A DNA stretch of 63,575 nucleotides, filler included, from Sphacelaria rigidula (taxonomy: Eukaryota), in NCBI GenBank assembly GCA_964200075.2. It is 10 parts of 10 records of this genome, joined end to end, with 100 filler letters (N's around TTAATTAATTAA, not from the genome) between each part and the next. Parts side by side here need not be neighbours in the genome. Positions count along the whole stretch, not along the records: positions 31,841 to 38,107 come from CAXNAA020021123.1; positions 38,208 to 44,474 come from CAXNAA020021124.1; positions 44,575 to 50,841 come from CAXNAA020021125.1; 7 more parts are not named here. One strand, written 5' to 3'. Shown here one piece after another: positions 37,776-50,080 of the stretch (position 1 is its first letter; every line of letters starts with the position of its first letter). The notes beneath the pieces are model-generated. The model did no database searches. It saw nothing but the letters and a program-made list of their open reading frames with translations, and had not been told where the DNA came from. A program made the translations under genes and the position numbers.

Positions 37776-38649
37776 TTTATTTATTTGTCTGTTACAAAAA
37801 GGAGCGGTCAAACTAGGCCGCTTTTTATTGGTACCACGCGGTACAATTCTACAGTGCATGTACTACGGCTCGTACAGGATTCACGCAGTACGGTGTGCGG
37901 TACTGGTAGACGGTGGTACGGAATACAGGTTCGTAGGGCCCTATTGTTCGGAAATATGGTCATGATAGTCAGTCACAATTATTATTGTCGTATTTATGAG
38001 CTCGTCGTACTAGCACTTGATGGAATGAGCCTTCAACAACAGCCGATTTTATATTTTGGGGTTCATACAAAATATTATGGGGTTGAAGTGGCATATCTCT
38101 CTTGCACNNNNNNNNNNNNNNNNNNNNNNNNNNNNNNNNNNNNNNNNNNNNTTAATTAATTAANNNNNNNNNNNNNNNNNNNNNNNNNNNNNNNNNNNNN
38201 NNNNNNNCCCCCCCCGAGAGAGGGGAGCCCACCGGAGGCGCTCCCGGAGGGCGCCGCAAGAAGTGCCGTGCTGGAGGCACGGATTTACGCAATTTGGCTT
38301 CACGCTAGAGCTAAAAAATAGGCTAAATTTATCCCCTAATATAGCACGTACGCAGAAAAAACCTGCGATATCGTGAGCACATCTCTTCGGTGTTGGTCAT
38401 CCCAGTCAGGATAGAAGCAATGCTTCCCCGTCGAAGTATTGAAGGGATGGGCTTTCTTCACCCGTGTGTGTGTGTGTGTGTGTGTGTGTGATGAGAGTAC
38501 ATCATAGTTCGCCCGTGTGTATCCTCTGAGTAAGGAGAGTTTAACCTCCTTTTCGTCGTACATTCGAAGTGCAATGGTAGTGCGGCGAGATTATATTGCA
38601 GCATCAAAGGGATTCCAAATGCGATGGTGAAACGGCCGGACGCGTCTAC

Positions 38650-39090
38650 GTGGGCTGGTGTCGTGAAAAAAAGGCGAAGTGGGGGTGTCTTTGTCCCATG
38701 CCAGTCAATACCCACGAGTGCTTCATAAATATCATGTTGTGCAGTCTATTTATTTCCCCGTCAAACTCCCCTCGGTCCACTACATCTGCACAAGCCACCG
38801 TTTCCGGGGAAGTTGTGCGTTGGCAGAGAGAGCTTGAATGAGCGCTGGAAGGGTCCCTTATGCGTGCTACGCAAGCTGGGTACGCTCGGGACTGTGAGGC
38901 GCCGAACAAGAATCGAATGCCGATCCAGACTGAAAACATCTGCGTTTGGCCATGACCGCTATGCGAAGAGTTGGTGGAAATCCTACCAACCGACTGCAGC
39001 GTATCCATAAAATTGTTCGGCGACGGCTTGGTGGTGATCTATACAAACTAGGACAATAATAGTTGTTCCATGGATGAATCTGGTATTATC
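38650..39090 (-). pseudogene. Possible KDZ/Zisupton-like transposase relic
   Basis: Frame-joined FYGYA(C)S (cf. YD.AC), RFLFGASQSRAYPAC (cf. F.VD.FH..H..C) and LTGMGQ..FAFF, in the expected order. Confidence 0.33.
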
Positions 39091-42000
39091 ATCATTACAT
39101 GATGCGCACCCCGCGCGTATTCCGTTTTTTCTTCACATTTCTCACACTCTCATCATCAATCATCCCATTTTCTCATCATTCTTCATACCCCCCCAATCGC
39201 ACCCATGATGACGCCGTTCGTAACCCGCCGCTGTCTGTGGAGGTGGCGGCATCAGAAAATGAAGCAACTCCTTATTGCAGGCTGTGATCCAAATGCCAGA
39301 TAATCAGTACGCTTTGGGCCAAACAATCTTAGCAGGATAAAGCTCACCCTTCATGCGACTCATCGAGCACATCACGGGTCGTCGCGCTCGGTGATTGCGA
39401 GCCTGGTCCGGGGAAACCCCGGCGTGCTCCGTCCCGGCTTTGTAGGGATGCGAGGCCAATGGTCTGATGACTACGGCATGCAAGATAATGAGCACACACC
39501 CCCCCCCGTATCCGCGACATAATGGGTGGGTACGAGAGCAAGTGAACACAGCAATACTTATACCAGCATCGTGAAGGAGGAGACTGGGAAGCCGTGGTGG
39601 TAGAGCTCGTGCGAGAAGTTTGTACGAATCATGCAGATATTTATTGTTGTCATTTTCATTGTCATGATTATTATGTTCGTCACATTAGCTCGATATCTCG
39701 AAGCCGTGGTCACAGTGCAAGGAGCATAGCATCCATACCCATACGTCAAACAGCCCGCAGAGGAAGGCGAGAAACAGATATATTTTTTATTAGTTGTGAG
39801 TGTACCGTACTCATTATATTAATCTTTTACACAGTATTAGCACATACAAAATGAAGAAGCAGGACACATTACCCCCCCCCCCCTCCCCCCTGTCAGGGTT
39901 GAGTTTTGGATAGTGAAATGTATAGTGTCGGATCTACGTCGGAGCCCCCACCCTGTACCCCGCCATGCATCTCCGTACAACATTCGTCGCAAGATCGATG
40001 GTATCTGCTTACACTCCCCCGGCGATCCCGTCACTCCACAAACGCAGATCCACGATGTATTTCCGACATTTTTTGTTGGTTGAATCTCGTATATTCATCA
40101 CCACGTGCACCCGGCGCGTTTCCTGCCTTTCCTCTCTTCTATTTCCCACATTCCCACCGTCAAACATGCCACTCTCGTATCACTCTTCCTGCCACATTTC
40201 CATACAATAATAATATGTCGTCTGTCTGTATCCACATGCAAATCACCGCGCAAACACCCTCCTCCCTCCTACATGTTGTCACATCCCGGTTATTGTTCGC
40301 CTCTGACACCCTTCGTTGTGTCCCACTTACACCTCCCGCTGTTACTCCCCCCGTGAGCAACGTTGACGATGTCTCGTTGACGTTGTCCCGATGGATATCT
40401 CACCACTGCGTCGCCCCCTTCCATCTACTACGCTTGTATCTCGCGGAATTGTCGGACTAAACACATCCGCTTCTGCCGACTGGGTTGCGAATATTATCCT
40501 ACCCGAATGTCAGCACAAATATATCCAGACAGGCCCAATTTCTGTGCGTTGTCGAAGAGTCATCATGCGGGTTCTTCACATGTCCAGACCTCCCAAAACT
40601 TTCACTTTGCCCATCTATGTCGCCAGCGGTGCCGACAGCCCTACTCGGGTGTGAAAAAACACCAACGTTCAACGTCCGCATTATTTCCAAACGCCCTCCG
40701 CCGTCCTGTTTATACTGTACTTTGACTTACATCGTCACGTCGCTGCCGCCCGCGATTTTTGCCGTGCACTCACTCCTGTTCGCAATTTTTGCCATCCACT
40801 ACTGCTCTCAAAGATTTTTGAGTTCCTTCCGAACAATGTCTCCACCCTCGCTGGGCAATGCAATGCCACTCTGTACTGTTCCGGCCTATGTAATTTGCAC
40901 ACCTTGCCCAAGACTACGTCACATTGTCTCTTTTCAGACAAAATAAATAACGATGCGTCCGACCTTTACCATATGCACGTAAAAAAGCTCCGACACCCAA
41001 CATTGAACATACGTCACACACAAATTGAGCCAGCACAACACGATCATTCGTATCCCCCATCGAGCGATGAATATCAGAACATGTCTATACGTCGTCTCAG
41101 TATGCTCGCCACTCTGATACGAACGACGCAACGACCTGGACGGCACGGAAAAAATTGAGCATCAAAAATAAATCGGATAGGTAACACACTGGCAGCAGCA
41201 GGTCTTTATCTGCAGTCTCACACGGTATCAAATACATCGTTTCTACAACGTGTCGACGAGCGAGGGTGTGTCATGTATCATGCCCGAAAAATATAATTGG
41301 CACAAGAAGCGGGTCGACACGTGTTGTATCAGCAACATATTGGCAAACACAAGTGTACAATAATATATATATATATATATACTGGTCGCACAATATATTG
41401 TGGGTGGAGCAACAGGTACGGCATATACCAACGCGCAGTACATACATGGTGCGTTCAATGTGACAGAATCGAGACTGAACGCACGCAGTTGAGGATTCCT
41501 GGAAGCAAACCTACAACCAATCACATCGATCAAACGGGGTTCACGATGGACCCATCCTCGTGGATCTTCCTCAGCTTCAGGTTCCACGGTACCCCGATGG
41601 AATTTCCAAAGGAGGTCGCGTCTATGATGCTGCTATGGTACTGTACACCATCGTGAACTACCCCAACAATTTTAGCACCACGATATAGGAATAACCCCGA
41701 GCGCTCCGTGTGAGGGTGCAGCCCATCTTTGGCTGGACACGGGCTGGACAAAGACATCTGATCATTCTTGGCATGCGTTTGTCGCAGGCATCAACTACTA
41801 CTTGGATCGCATGAATTCTGATGGAGCAACTTCAACAACGAGGCAACTTTGATTTAATTCACTGGGAGAAGGAGAGTCGGCTACTAATCTTCACCGTCAA
41901 AATACAATCAAACACAGTGCCGCGCTCGTCACTGCTGCGATTGAGCACAAATGATGGCACGTGAATGATATACCCAGCAGGTTCACCACCCATCGGAACG

Positions 42001-42820
42001 TACCAAACACATCGACTGTGACTAGATCGTTCTCCGTGGCACATGTAAAGAGTGTCGGTTCTGGTGTAGAAAATTTACAGATTCACAACCAAGCGTGTAA
42101 TCACCCGCATGTACGCACTTGAAAGCGCTACTCTGTACATTTGAACATTATCACGCCTAGCCCATCAAGATCCTGTACATCTACATGGTCCCGGAAGATA
42201 GACAGCGGGGACAGCTCAAGGCTACTTTACAATCCAAAGGCATCCTGCGAATCTGAACACCTTCTAGCTTGCCAGATCACAAAACCAAACCTAGCCCGTC
42301 GGGATCCTATAGATGTTCATGCCCCCGGCAGATGAACAGCGGGGTGAGCTCGAAGGCTACCTGTACAATCTAAAGCCATCCTGTGAATTCGAACATCTTC
42401 GAGCTGGCCAGATGTGACGCCCTACATGCCGAGGATCAATCAACCCAGCAGAGCTAAGAGTCACCGTACGCATAAGCCCGAGAAATGAATTCATTACAAA
42501 AACCTACTGTATATGGAAAATGCGACTGAACTCCTGTGCCAAAGCATCAGGTGCCCCGCCAAGACTCGTAAAAGTAGTTCCAACATCCGCACTCATATCA
42601 CTACGCTACAAGGGTATAATCTTGTTTGACGTGTATGTCGCCCCCGCGTCGGTACATACCTCAACCGGTCCTCAAGTTTTTCCCGCGACACCTCTACCTT
42701 GTAATAGTTCACACGGCACACGGCACACCAGCAATCCTGCGATATTCGCTTACAGGGATTGTCAAGACGGCGACCGACACCGTCACGCCTTGAACCCTTG
42801 GCCCCAAAAGGTGGCACAAT

Positions 42821-43540
42821 CTAGCTCAGTCCGGACATCGACATGGCTTTACGAGCGAGAGAGTCTCCGGGGCCCTTGACGACGCCCCATTTCTGGCACT
42901 TGCCCTTTCGGAACTTGGGTAGAACGGCCAAACTCTGCCCGCCGTAAGCGGCGATACTGTCCCAATAGAACATTCTGCCCTCCTTGGGTTTTTCGCTGCT
43001 TCTGCTGTCTTTCTGAGCCTCTTTTACCGGAGCGGACGATAACGCCGAGCTCGAGGAACCTTCCACCTTGCTCGTCTGGGGGGCCCCGTCTGCAGGGGGG
43101 CAGTCTTCAAGAGTGCACATAATTAATCGTACGGTTTGGTCTTTCTCCGCCAAACGCACGAAATGTGACTCCCCTGGGTGGATAGACTTCGACCACGGCT
43201 CGTCCCACCCCCGCGGTTTACTAGGCTGAACGCCTCCTTGTATTCTACCCTTTGCTGTCACGTTACTGTTGGATTCCCTCAGCTTCGTGGGGAATGTCGT
43301 TGGCATCATAACGACAAACACGTCCGCCCCGCATGAGTTGTGTAATAAGATGGAATCTCTGGTTTGGGTAACGCCGACCGAATATCTGCAACCAGCGTCC
43401 ATCACCTTGCAGCAGGCAACATGAGAGAAGTTGCTGTCTATCTTGGCCCTCAGGTACAAGGCCCCAAGTTTATCTCGGACGCAAGACAGGCGTTTTCTCT
43501 CCACGACGCGCCAGCCGTTATTCCCGTCGTCGCAGAGAAC
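42821..43540 (-). CDS. Terminal exon: end of a ZU5-like domain with an 'NFS' motif, then a beta-rich (UPA-like) C-terminus
   Basis: Acceptor ctaacag|GTT at 43540; 239 codons to the stop. Reads VLCDDGNNGWRVV...LYLRAKIDSNFSHVACCK. Confidence 0.8.
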   Translation of the reverse strand, partial: VLCDDGNNGWRVVERKRLSCVRDKLGALYLRAKIDSNFSHVACCKVMDAGCRYSVGVTQTRDSILLHNSCGADVFVVMMPTTFPTKLRESNSNVTAKGRIQGGVQPSKPRGWDEPWSKSIHPGESHFVRLAEKDQTVRLIMCTLEDCPPADGAPQTSKVEGSSSSALSSAPVKEAQKDSRSSEKPKEGRMFYWDSIAAYGGQSLAVLPKFRKGKCQKWGVVKGPGDSLARKAMSMSGLS

Positions 43541-43950
43541 CTGTTAGGTTGAACGGAAAACATCAGAAATTGCGGGGTAGTGGAGACGTAAGGTTGCTTG
43601 ACAACGGCAATTAAAAATATCTGGTATCCCCGGTGATTCATGATAGGTTCGTCCCGCCTGGCGCCACTATGGTGCTTGGTGTGAACCTCGGTTATCAAGA
43701 GTCAGAGAAGGCTAGTCGAAACCAACTGTAATGGGACGAGACGAAATGCGGAAAATCAACAGGGCTCCCACTGTACAATCGCATTCGGCTAGGAATACCA
43801 CGGGGATGGCATACTGTTTGACATGCCCCACACCTGCATGCTGGCTTCCTCCCCGAGTCTTACGCAATGCCGGAAGAAACCAGCCCTTCATACGACTCGC
43901 ATGTACGAACCCTTAATTTTCTGCCACAAAGGCGTGAAACATCGTCCCAC

Positions 43951-44380
43951 CTGGTACTCCTCAAGAATCTTGCTCACGGAAGGTACATCGTTGCCATCAA
44001 TATTTTGGATGAAGCTGTCGAACAGAAGAGGCTTGCGGCCGCCTTTGTTGACTACGCCGCATTGCCGCATGATCAGGTGGGCAAAATACTGCTTCTCCCG
44101 ACACGTCAAGACTCTCGCCGCGGGCTCCAGCTCCACCAGGTTCTCAGCTTCTCGCGGTGTTTTTAGCGTTCCTGGTAGAACACTGAGCTGTACGCCGTGT
44201 GTTTCGGACACGTATCGCTTCCCGTCGGCCAATGTTTCGGTGAGCGTCTCGCGAGGAACCGATTGGCTTTCACCCTCGAAGGAGAGGCTGGCAGTGAGCA
44301 CTCGCGGACGAGACTTGAACTGTCGCTCACCCTTTACCCAGCGAAGCTTGAAAACGTGCATGACGCTGCGGAATCGGTAC
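43951..44380 (-). CDS. Penultimate exon with a ZU5-like domain
   Basis: Acceptor ccacag|G at 44380; donor CAG|gtggga at 43951, phase 0 into the next exon. DGKRYVSETHGVQLSVLPGTL...KPLLFD resembles ZU5 'G.....GV.L.IP.GAL...KPV.L'. Confidence 0.8.
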
Positions 44381-44574
44381 CTGTGGCAACACAGCAAGAT
44401 TGCACAGTTAGGACAAATAATGATTCGTCAGGAAATTACTTGGTCTTAGTATAATAAGTTGACTCGTGATGAATNNNNNNNNNNNNNNNNNNNNNNNNNN
44501 NNNNNNNNNNNNNNNNNNTTAATTAATTAANNNNNNNNNNNNNNNNNNNNNNNNNNNNNNNNNNNNNNNNNNNN

Positions 44575-44641
44575 AATCGAACCCCCCTACTCAACCATCA
44601 GAAGGTTACAAGGTTACCAACTGAGCCACCGGGGCGACCGG
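44575..44641 (-). mobile_element. tRNA-derived SINE head (cut by contig start)
   Basis: Reverse complement CCGGTCGCCCCGGTGGCTCAGTTGGTAACC...GGTTCGATT. Confidence 0.85.
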
Positions 44642-45889
44642 TGTGAGTTGCTGGCGATTTGGTCCGAAAAACTGTTGTGACGTGTTCCGTCGCCAATAAC
44701 TCACGAAGAAGAGAAAAAAAAAACACGGGAGGAACGAAGGGGTGTCTGCACATACTTCCTGTACATGATGTCAAAATTTCATCGAAAACGACTGAGTATT
44801 GAGGTCGGGAGTCGTGCCACAGCTTGTGCGGCACCACGCGGCACAAAACTGACTGTAATCAAAAATCCAATCTCAGCCGTTTTCTTTTGGCTAATTCCGC
44901 CGCACATGATTCCCTCAACTCTCTACACTTTTGCACTTGATTATAGTTTGGTATTTCGTTTGATGATACCTTGTCGGATCGTAGTGCTACATGGATTTCA
45001 AGGCGCACGCTGATTTGCCGATTACCACGATGTGTTCTAGTGAGCACAACTCTCGATATATCGTCAGTTGAAACGGGCTGGAGGAAAGTGAGCTTCTTGG
45101 GCGGCCCAGCCTGAAGTCGCATACATGTTATCATACTGACCGCAATGAACAGACGAAGACGGTGATATAGCTGGATTTTTGTTCAAGGCAACAGCGGTGG
45201 CGCTATGGTGGCGCTATGAACAAAAATGTGTCTAGACTCATCAGCGCCTCTCAAACTATCCCGAAAATGAAAACACGAATTCCAAGCCTAATTTCCACCG
45301 AATCTCCACATGCTTCAAATCGTAGTGACCGTCATCACCTCAAGAATCTAACGGGAGAAACGGATTTGAAAACGGCTCCAACGGGGTCGAATTACACCCG
45401 AAACTGTAACGTTTCGGTAATGTGGAGTTTGGCGTCGTCTAATACCCACTCATGATACGCAGGAAAGACTCGGGGAGCCTCGTGACGGTTTCCCTCATAT
45501 CTGTTGTAGAAAAGCTCAGATCATCCTCAAACCTGGCAGTTCCGTAGGTATTGATGCTCCAAATGGAAAAATTGTGTTCTTGGCAAGGGTTCGAAGTTTC
45601 TCCGTTCGCCACCGGCTTCCGGGGGTTCCCAGTACAAAGACCCCCGAAAGGCGGTACAGGATGACTCAGAAGAAAAAATAATAACATGGATGTGTCCCAG
45701 GATGGTCCAAGGAACACACATGGGAAGTTTTGTGGAGAAAATCGAAAATCTCATACAATTTTTGCTGCCTTGACGTGAAATTCACCCTAAAATATGTTTT
45801 GATACTCAAACGAAGTAATTAGGAGTTTGCACGTTTTAAGCTCACATCCTCGCACAAACTCGCAAATCTTCACGCATTTATTAGAAGTT

Positions 45890-46503
45890 AGACCCTGAAA
45901 TTTTGCACAAATGTGCTATGAATCATTCCGCAAGTTGTGATCAACGAGGTTTTTCTAGTCCTCGAAGTTTTCACCATTTTTCGGGGGTCCGACCCAAGTC
46001 GTATTTTTTAGTCATCCGTTCTGAGACCCCCGAAAACCGGCACTACGTTTTTTTTTTCATTTTTTTCGCGAACGCTCTGCCGCCGGAAAACCCAAGGAAG
46101 AACCCCACTAATTTTTAGTGGCAAAACTTGATTAACTGGTGCATAAATTTTCATGTTCACGTCAAAGAAGGCCCAAAAACGCCATTTTCATACTCAAATC
46201 TAGTAGTTTGCCATTTCACCGTGGCACGGCAAGGTTCATCGCACAAACGCGAAGCCCTTAACGCCGTTCTAAGGACTTATACCCTGAAATTTTGCATAGG
46301 TGTTCTGTGAAGTCATCCCGCAACTTTGTATGGACGAGTTTTATTTTTTTGTTTTTACCGTTTTACGGGGGTCCGACTGGATCGAAGTTTCCCCGGAATA
46401 CTGGGACCCCGGAAAACGGCGAAAAAGTAACAAATCAAGGAACCCCGACCTTGCAAAGTTGCGTAATGACCCATAGAACACATATGCAAAATTTCAGGGT
46501 CTA
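45890..46503. repeat. Non-coding element with internal direct and inverted repeats
   Basis: CCCTGAAATTTTGCA...CCGCAA occurs at ~45894 and ~46282 and inverted at ~46455-46503. GGGGGTCCGAC..GACCCC is also duplicated. Confidence 0.7.
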
Positions 46504-46572
46504 CTCCTTGAAACGGCGTCAAGTTTTGCCGATGAGTGTTTTTGGGGTTGTTTCCGTGAACCAGCCTGTAAT

Positions 46573-46827
46573 GCCAACAGTGGAAAATGACAACATCGTG
46601 AGGGCACAAAATTCGACTGCACGGTCGACGAGAGAAAGGGACCACTGAGCACTTCCCGCGATTAAAAGGGAAGGCAAACACCGCAGAAGGAAAAGGTGGA
46701 TTGCTGCTACCTAAACAAGGTGAAAAGTAAGGAACTCCTGTGTTGACCCTCTTCCCTTCTGACCCCGGCTGTTGCGCCCACATATACCGAAAGGTGTAGA
46801 CTGGCGTACAGGATTGATGGGGATGTC

Positions 46828-46900
<73 letters not shown>
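46573..46900 (+). mobile_element. 5'-truncated SINE ending in a long (CA)n tract
   Basis: Body matches 34845-35100. The tail is expanded into (CA)n at ~46830-46900. Confidence 0.85.
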
Positions 46901-46901
<1 letters not shown>

Positions 46902-49699
46902 ACCTGCGCTTGCGAAGGCCCGCCTAGAGTCAACACGCCGTGTGCGGCATCATCGAAGTATGTCATTCTCCAGAGGATAAGTGGACAATCTGCCCGACGG
47001 TGTGAGGCTGAAATGCCCACTTTGTTTTGCCCATGTTTTGTTGCCTTCATTTGCCGGTGCGAAACACCAATAACGGAACCCAGTTTGGGAATGCACACTT
47101 TCGAAGGTGTTCCCTCACGCGCGTATAATTTAGTCATTTTCCGCTGCACCTGGCCTGCGACTACTGTGTACCCTCTTCCCTCAGGAGGAGTAGCGGCAGC
47201 CGTAGCCATAACAACCCCCCTCGAGGGAGCTCTTTCGGCGATGGTGCATGGCTTCCCCGAAAGTCGAAATCCATCGGCGAGGCCGGGTCCAGGGGAGAGA
47301 GAGAAGCCTTGTTGATGGATGGTTGGACTAGCGGGCTACGTACCAATACCGTTGGGAGGGTGTGAAATATCTCGCGGAGACAACTGTCTTGTCCTTCGAT
47401 TGCATAGTCTTCGAGGGCCAAATAGGTTATGTTTGTCTGTTGCAATCGACGAATGTTGTTCAGGTGGGGGTGACGCTGTAGTGCGATAAGCTTTGCCCGT
47501 CAGGCGTTATCCTCCAGTGGTGGGCGCTTCGAAAGGTTATTATCCATTCGACGCGGATAGGGTGGTGGAGTTAGTTATTATTATTATTTTTTGTCCCCAT
47601 GAACGTGTGTTATCTCGGACCGGACTTGACCTTGTGACCTGGAAGTATACTTGTATCCGCGCTGGGACGGAGATCGTTCCCCGCTGAATGTGATGTTTGT
47701 CGCTGTTTCTCTTGTGATGGTTGTTGCTGGTGTGTTGCTGCTACGTGTTTCGTTGATGTCGTTTCTTGTTGGCGTTTTGTGTTTCTCGTGTCCTAGGTGT
47801 AGTAGTCAGGTTCATTGCGGTCGATGGTGCGAAGCTGGGGCTGTCGAAAAGAGGGAGAACATGCATCGGGGTATGGTTCATTGATGGGCAAGGCTAAGCA
47901 GGTGGAATCAAGCGCTCACGGTTGAATGTGCAGTCGAACGGACGGCTGTGTGTGTGTCTGCATCACGTAGTACAAACTCCCGAGCGTAATGTGTTGTTTT
48001 GTGCAGTTTCTCCACCTGCTATCATCGTGTGGTACGTTTTTTTTCCTTTTTTTCTCTGTGATCGAGTGGTTTTGTGGATATATCTTGCTTCACGCGCTGT
48101 GGTGAAAGACGTGAATGCGTCCACATTGCCTGTGCCGTCCCTTTTGTGTTGCGTGTTTGCTTCACTCTCCTCCTTTGTATCCGCGCTGATGGCGCTGAAT
48201 CTCGTAACGGAACCTCTTGTATTGCTTTCAGTTCGACTGTTCACTCGGTGGCGTAGTCATGTGATGATCAAAGGAGAAGGTGATGACAACCAGTCGGGCA
48301 GACTTGGTAAAGGAAAACGGAAGAGCAACACACTTTTGAGGTTTGTCCGTTATGGAGAGTGTATGTAAGTTGGTGGGTGTTCTTGTTGATGAACATAGTC
48401 TGTACCTTTCGGTGGTTGCATCTCCCGCCCCTCATGGTGGATATTTAGTGTTGCGTTTTGTTGGCTGTGAAACATATTTTTTCTTCATTTTTTCCTCATT
48501 CATGCGCGTTCCGTTCCCGTCAGCGATTATTAGCCGGTGCTATTCGGGTACGGATTGAATAAGCCGTGTTTCACGCAATAGCAAGTGAAGGGCGGGCTAC
48601 TGTACAATGGGGAAGGTGAACTAGTGGTTTGTACGTGTCATTGATGCTTTGCTTTTTTTTTTTTCATTTCCCGTTAGTTTCACCACTCAAGACTTGGGAT
48701 CCAGAAGCCTGGACTTCTTGATATTCGCCTCGGGCTCTCACGCGATAGATCCAGCACCGCACTCCTGTGTCCGTTGCTCGTCAACATCATTCGAATATGG
48801 CGGGGGGTAATACATACTGTTTCAGGCATGTCTCTCTATTGGGCAGGCAGCGAAGTGTTGTATTTGTATATCAGAGGTCGCAATGGCAAATATGGCTGTG
48901 CGAATCGAAATCCTCAATTTGACCGACGAAATAGTTTTGAGTCGATCTTGTGAAACCTTGAGACGCACAGACGATGGACCAAAGATTCATTCATTTGAGT
49001 GGCTTTTGCAAATAGGACGCCTTGTTGAATCCGCGTGCGATGTTTTCCCAACTCGATAGTACTGATGTAGTGTGTGAAAAAAGAAATCATTAATGAAAAG
49101 TTTCTTGAGTTAATTTCGCGGTCTAGAGAAGTCTACATTACTGTCAATCTGTAGACGAGCGCGGCATTTATTCGTTTCTTTTTTGTTGTTTTTGTTGTTT
49201 TTGTTGTTTTTTAGGATTGGTGGTGTGTGCGGTACGTCTTTGGTTTCACGGTTGATTTTTCACCTTTCCCCTTCTTTCCTTTTTTTTTCCCTCTTTTGTT
49301 TTGTTTTGTGTGTTGTTTTCGACGGATTGTCGGCCAGACAACATGCAAGCCAACTATTGGTCATCGACGCGGTCGAGCGACCTTGTCGTCGAAGGAAGCG
49401 TTGAGATGGAGTTGGTAGTACCGGATGTGTGAGTTACTATGCACTGACTTTGAACCGATAATGATGACATATTATGAATACTGAGGGCGTTTGACCGGAG
49501 CCCGGGGTAGTGTTCACGAGCTGTGCGGGCTAACACGTGACATTTGGACACACGAGAGCTGTGATTGAAATCCTTGTTTCCTCTCACCACCAAAATGGGA
49601 GAAGGCCTGAAATTACGGCATTCGCCTAGAGCTCGTTATCATCTAGATCTACTGTTGCTGTTGGATACCGCCAACCCCCGGTGCTTTTTACTCTACGGC

Positions 49700-50080
49700 A
49701 TTGCCCAGGGTGTCACTAGCAAGGTTCCTGATGATTCTCGCATACTTGCGAGCGCCGCGGCGTGCGCCAAGGGCAGCTCTGCGGAGTATTGTGTTGGGGT
49801 CTGAAATATCAAATATTCGCCAAGCGTGGAGGCTTGACGAAAAAATCTCGGCGTCTCATTTTGGGAGAACGTTGAAAAAAGGGTGCGAAAACGCCTAAAA
49901 TTTTGGCGATCTCCCAAAAAACTTTGTCGATAATAACGGCCCTTACAAGTGGCGACAAATTCTTCCGAACTTCCTTTGCCCACGGGTCGCTGCACGGGAG
50001 AGGAATTGACGGCGTTCGCGACCAGTATATGAAGTCATCAGGTAGCCCTCCTCAAAGTTGTTTGTGGCATGGCCCGTTTC
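49700..50080 (-). pseudogene. Possible KDZ/Zisupton-like transposase relic
   Basis: Frame-joined CHK..SRTPS...CSDP..LLSTKFFGRSPK..TPRFFRQASTLGEYLIFQTPTQYS..SQVCE. This matches the order C.K / TPG..C / RF..P / P.FF..VD.FH..H..CS / NSQ.CEQ. Confidence 0.4.

Noticed and set aside
39960..41100. Minus-strand PPT and LTR start (GGGGGAG-TGTAAG at ~40020) with a decayed internal region
   Set aside because: No second LTR and no convincing gag or pol motif.
46707..46898. (CV)n ORFs
   Set aside because: Translation of the (CA)n microsatellite.
49693..49995. DIRS-type methyltransferase domain (PRFF...GTLLVTPW)
   Set aside because: No DxFA or NPPF motif. The flanking motifs in other frames (SRTP..C, SPK, SQVCE) fit a KDZ-like transposase better, though neither call is proven.
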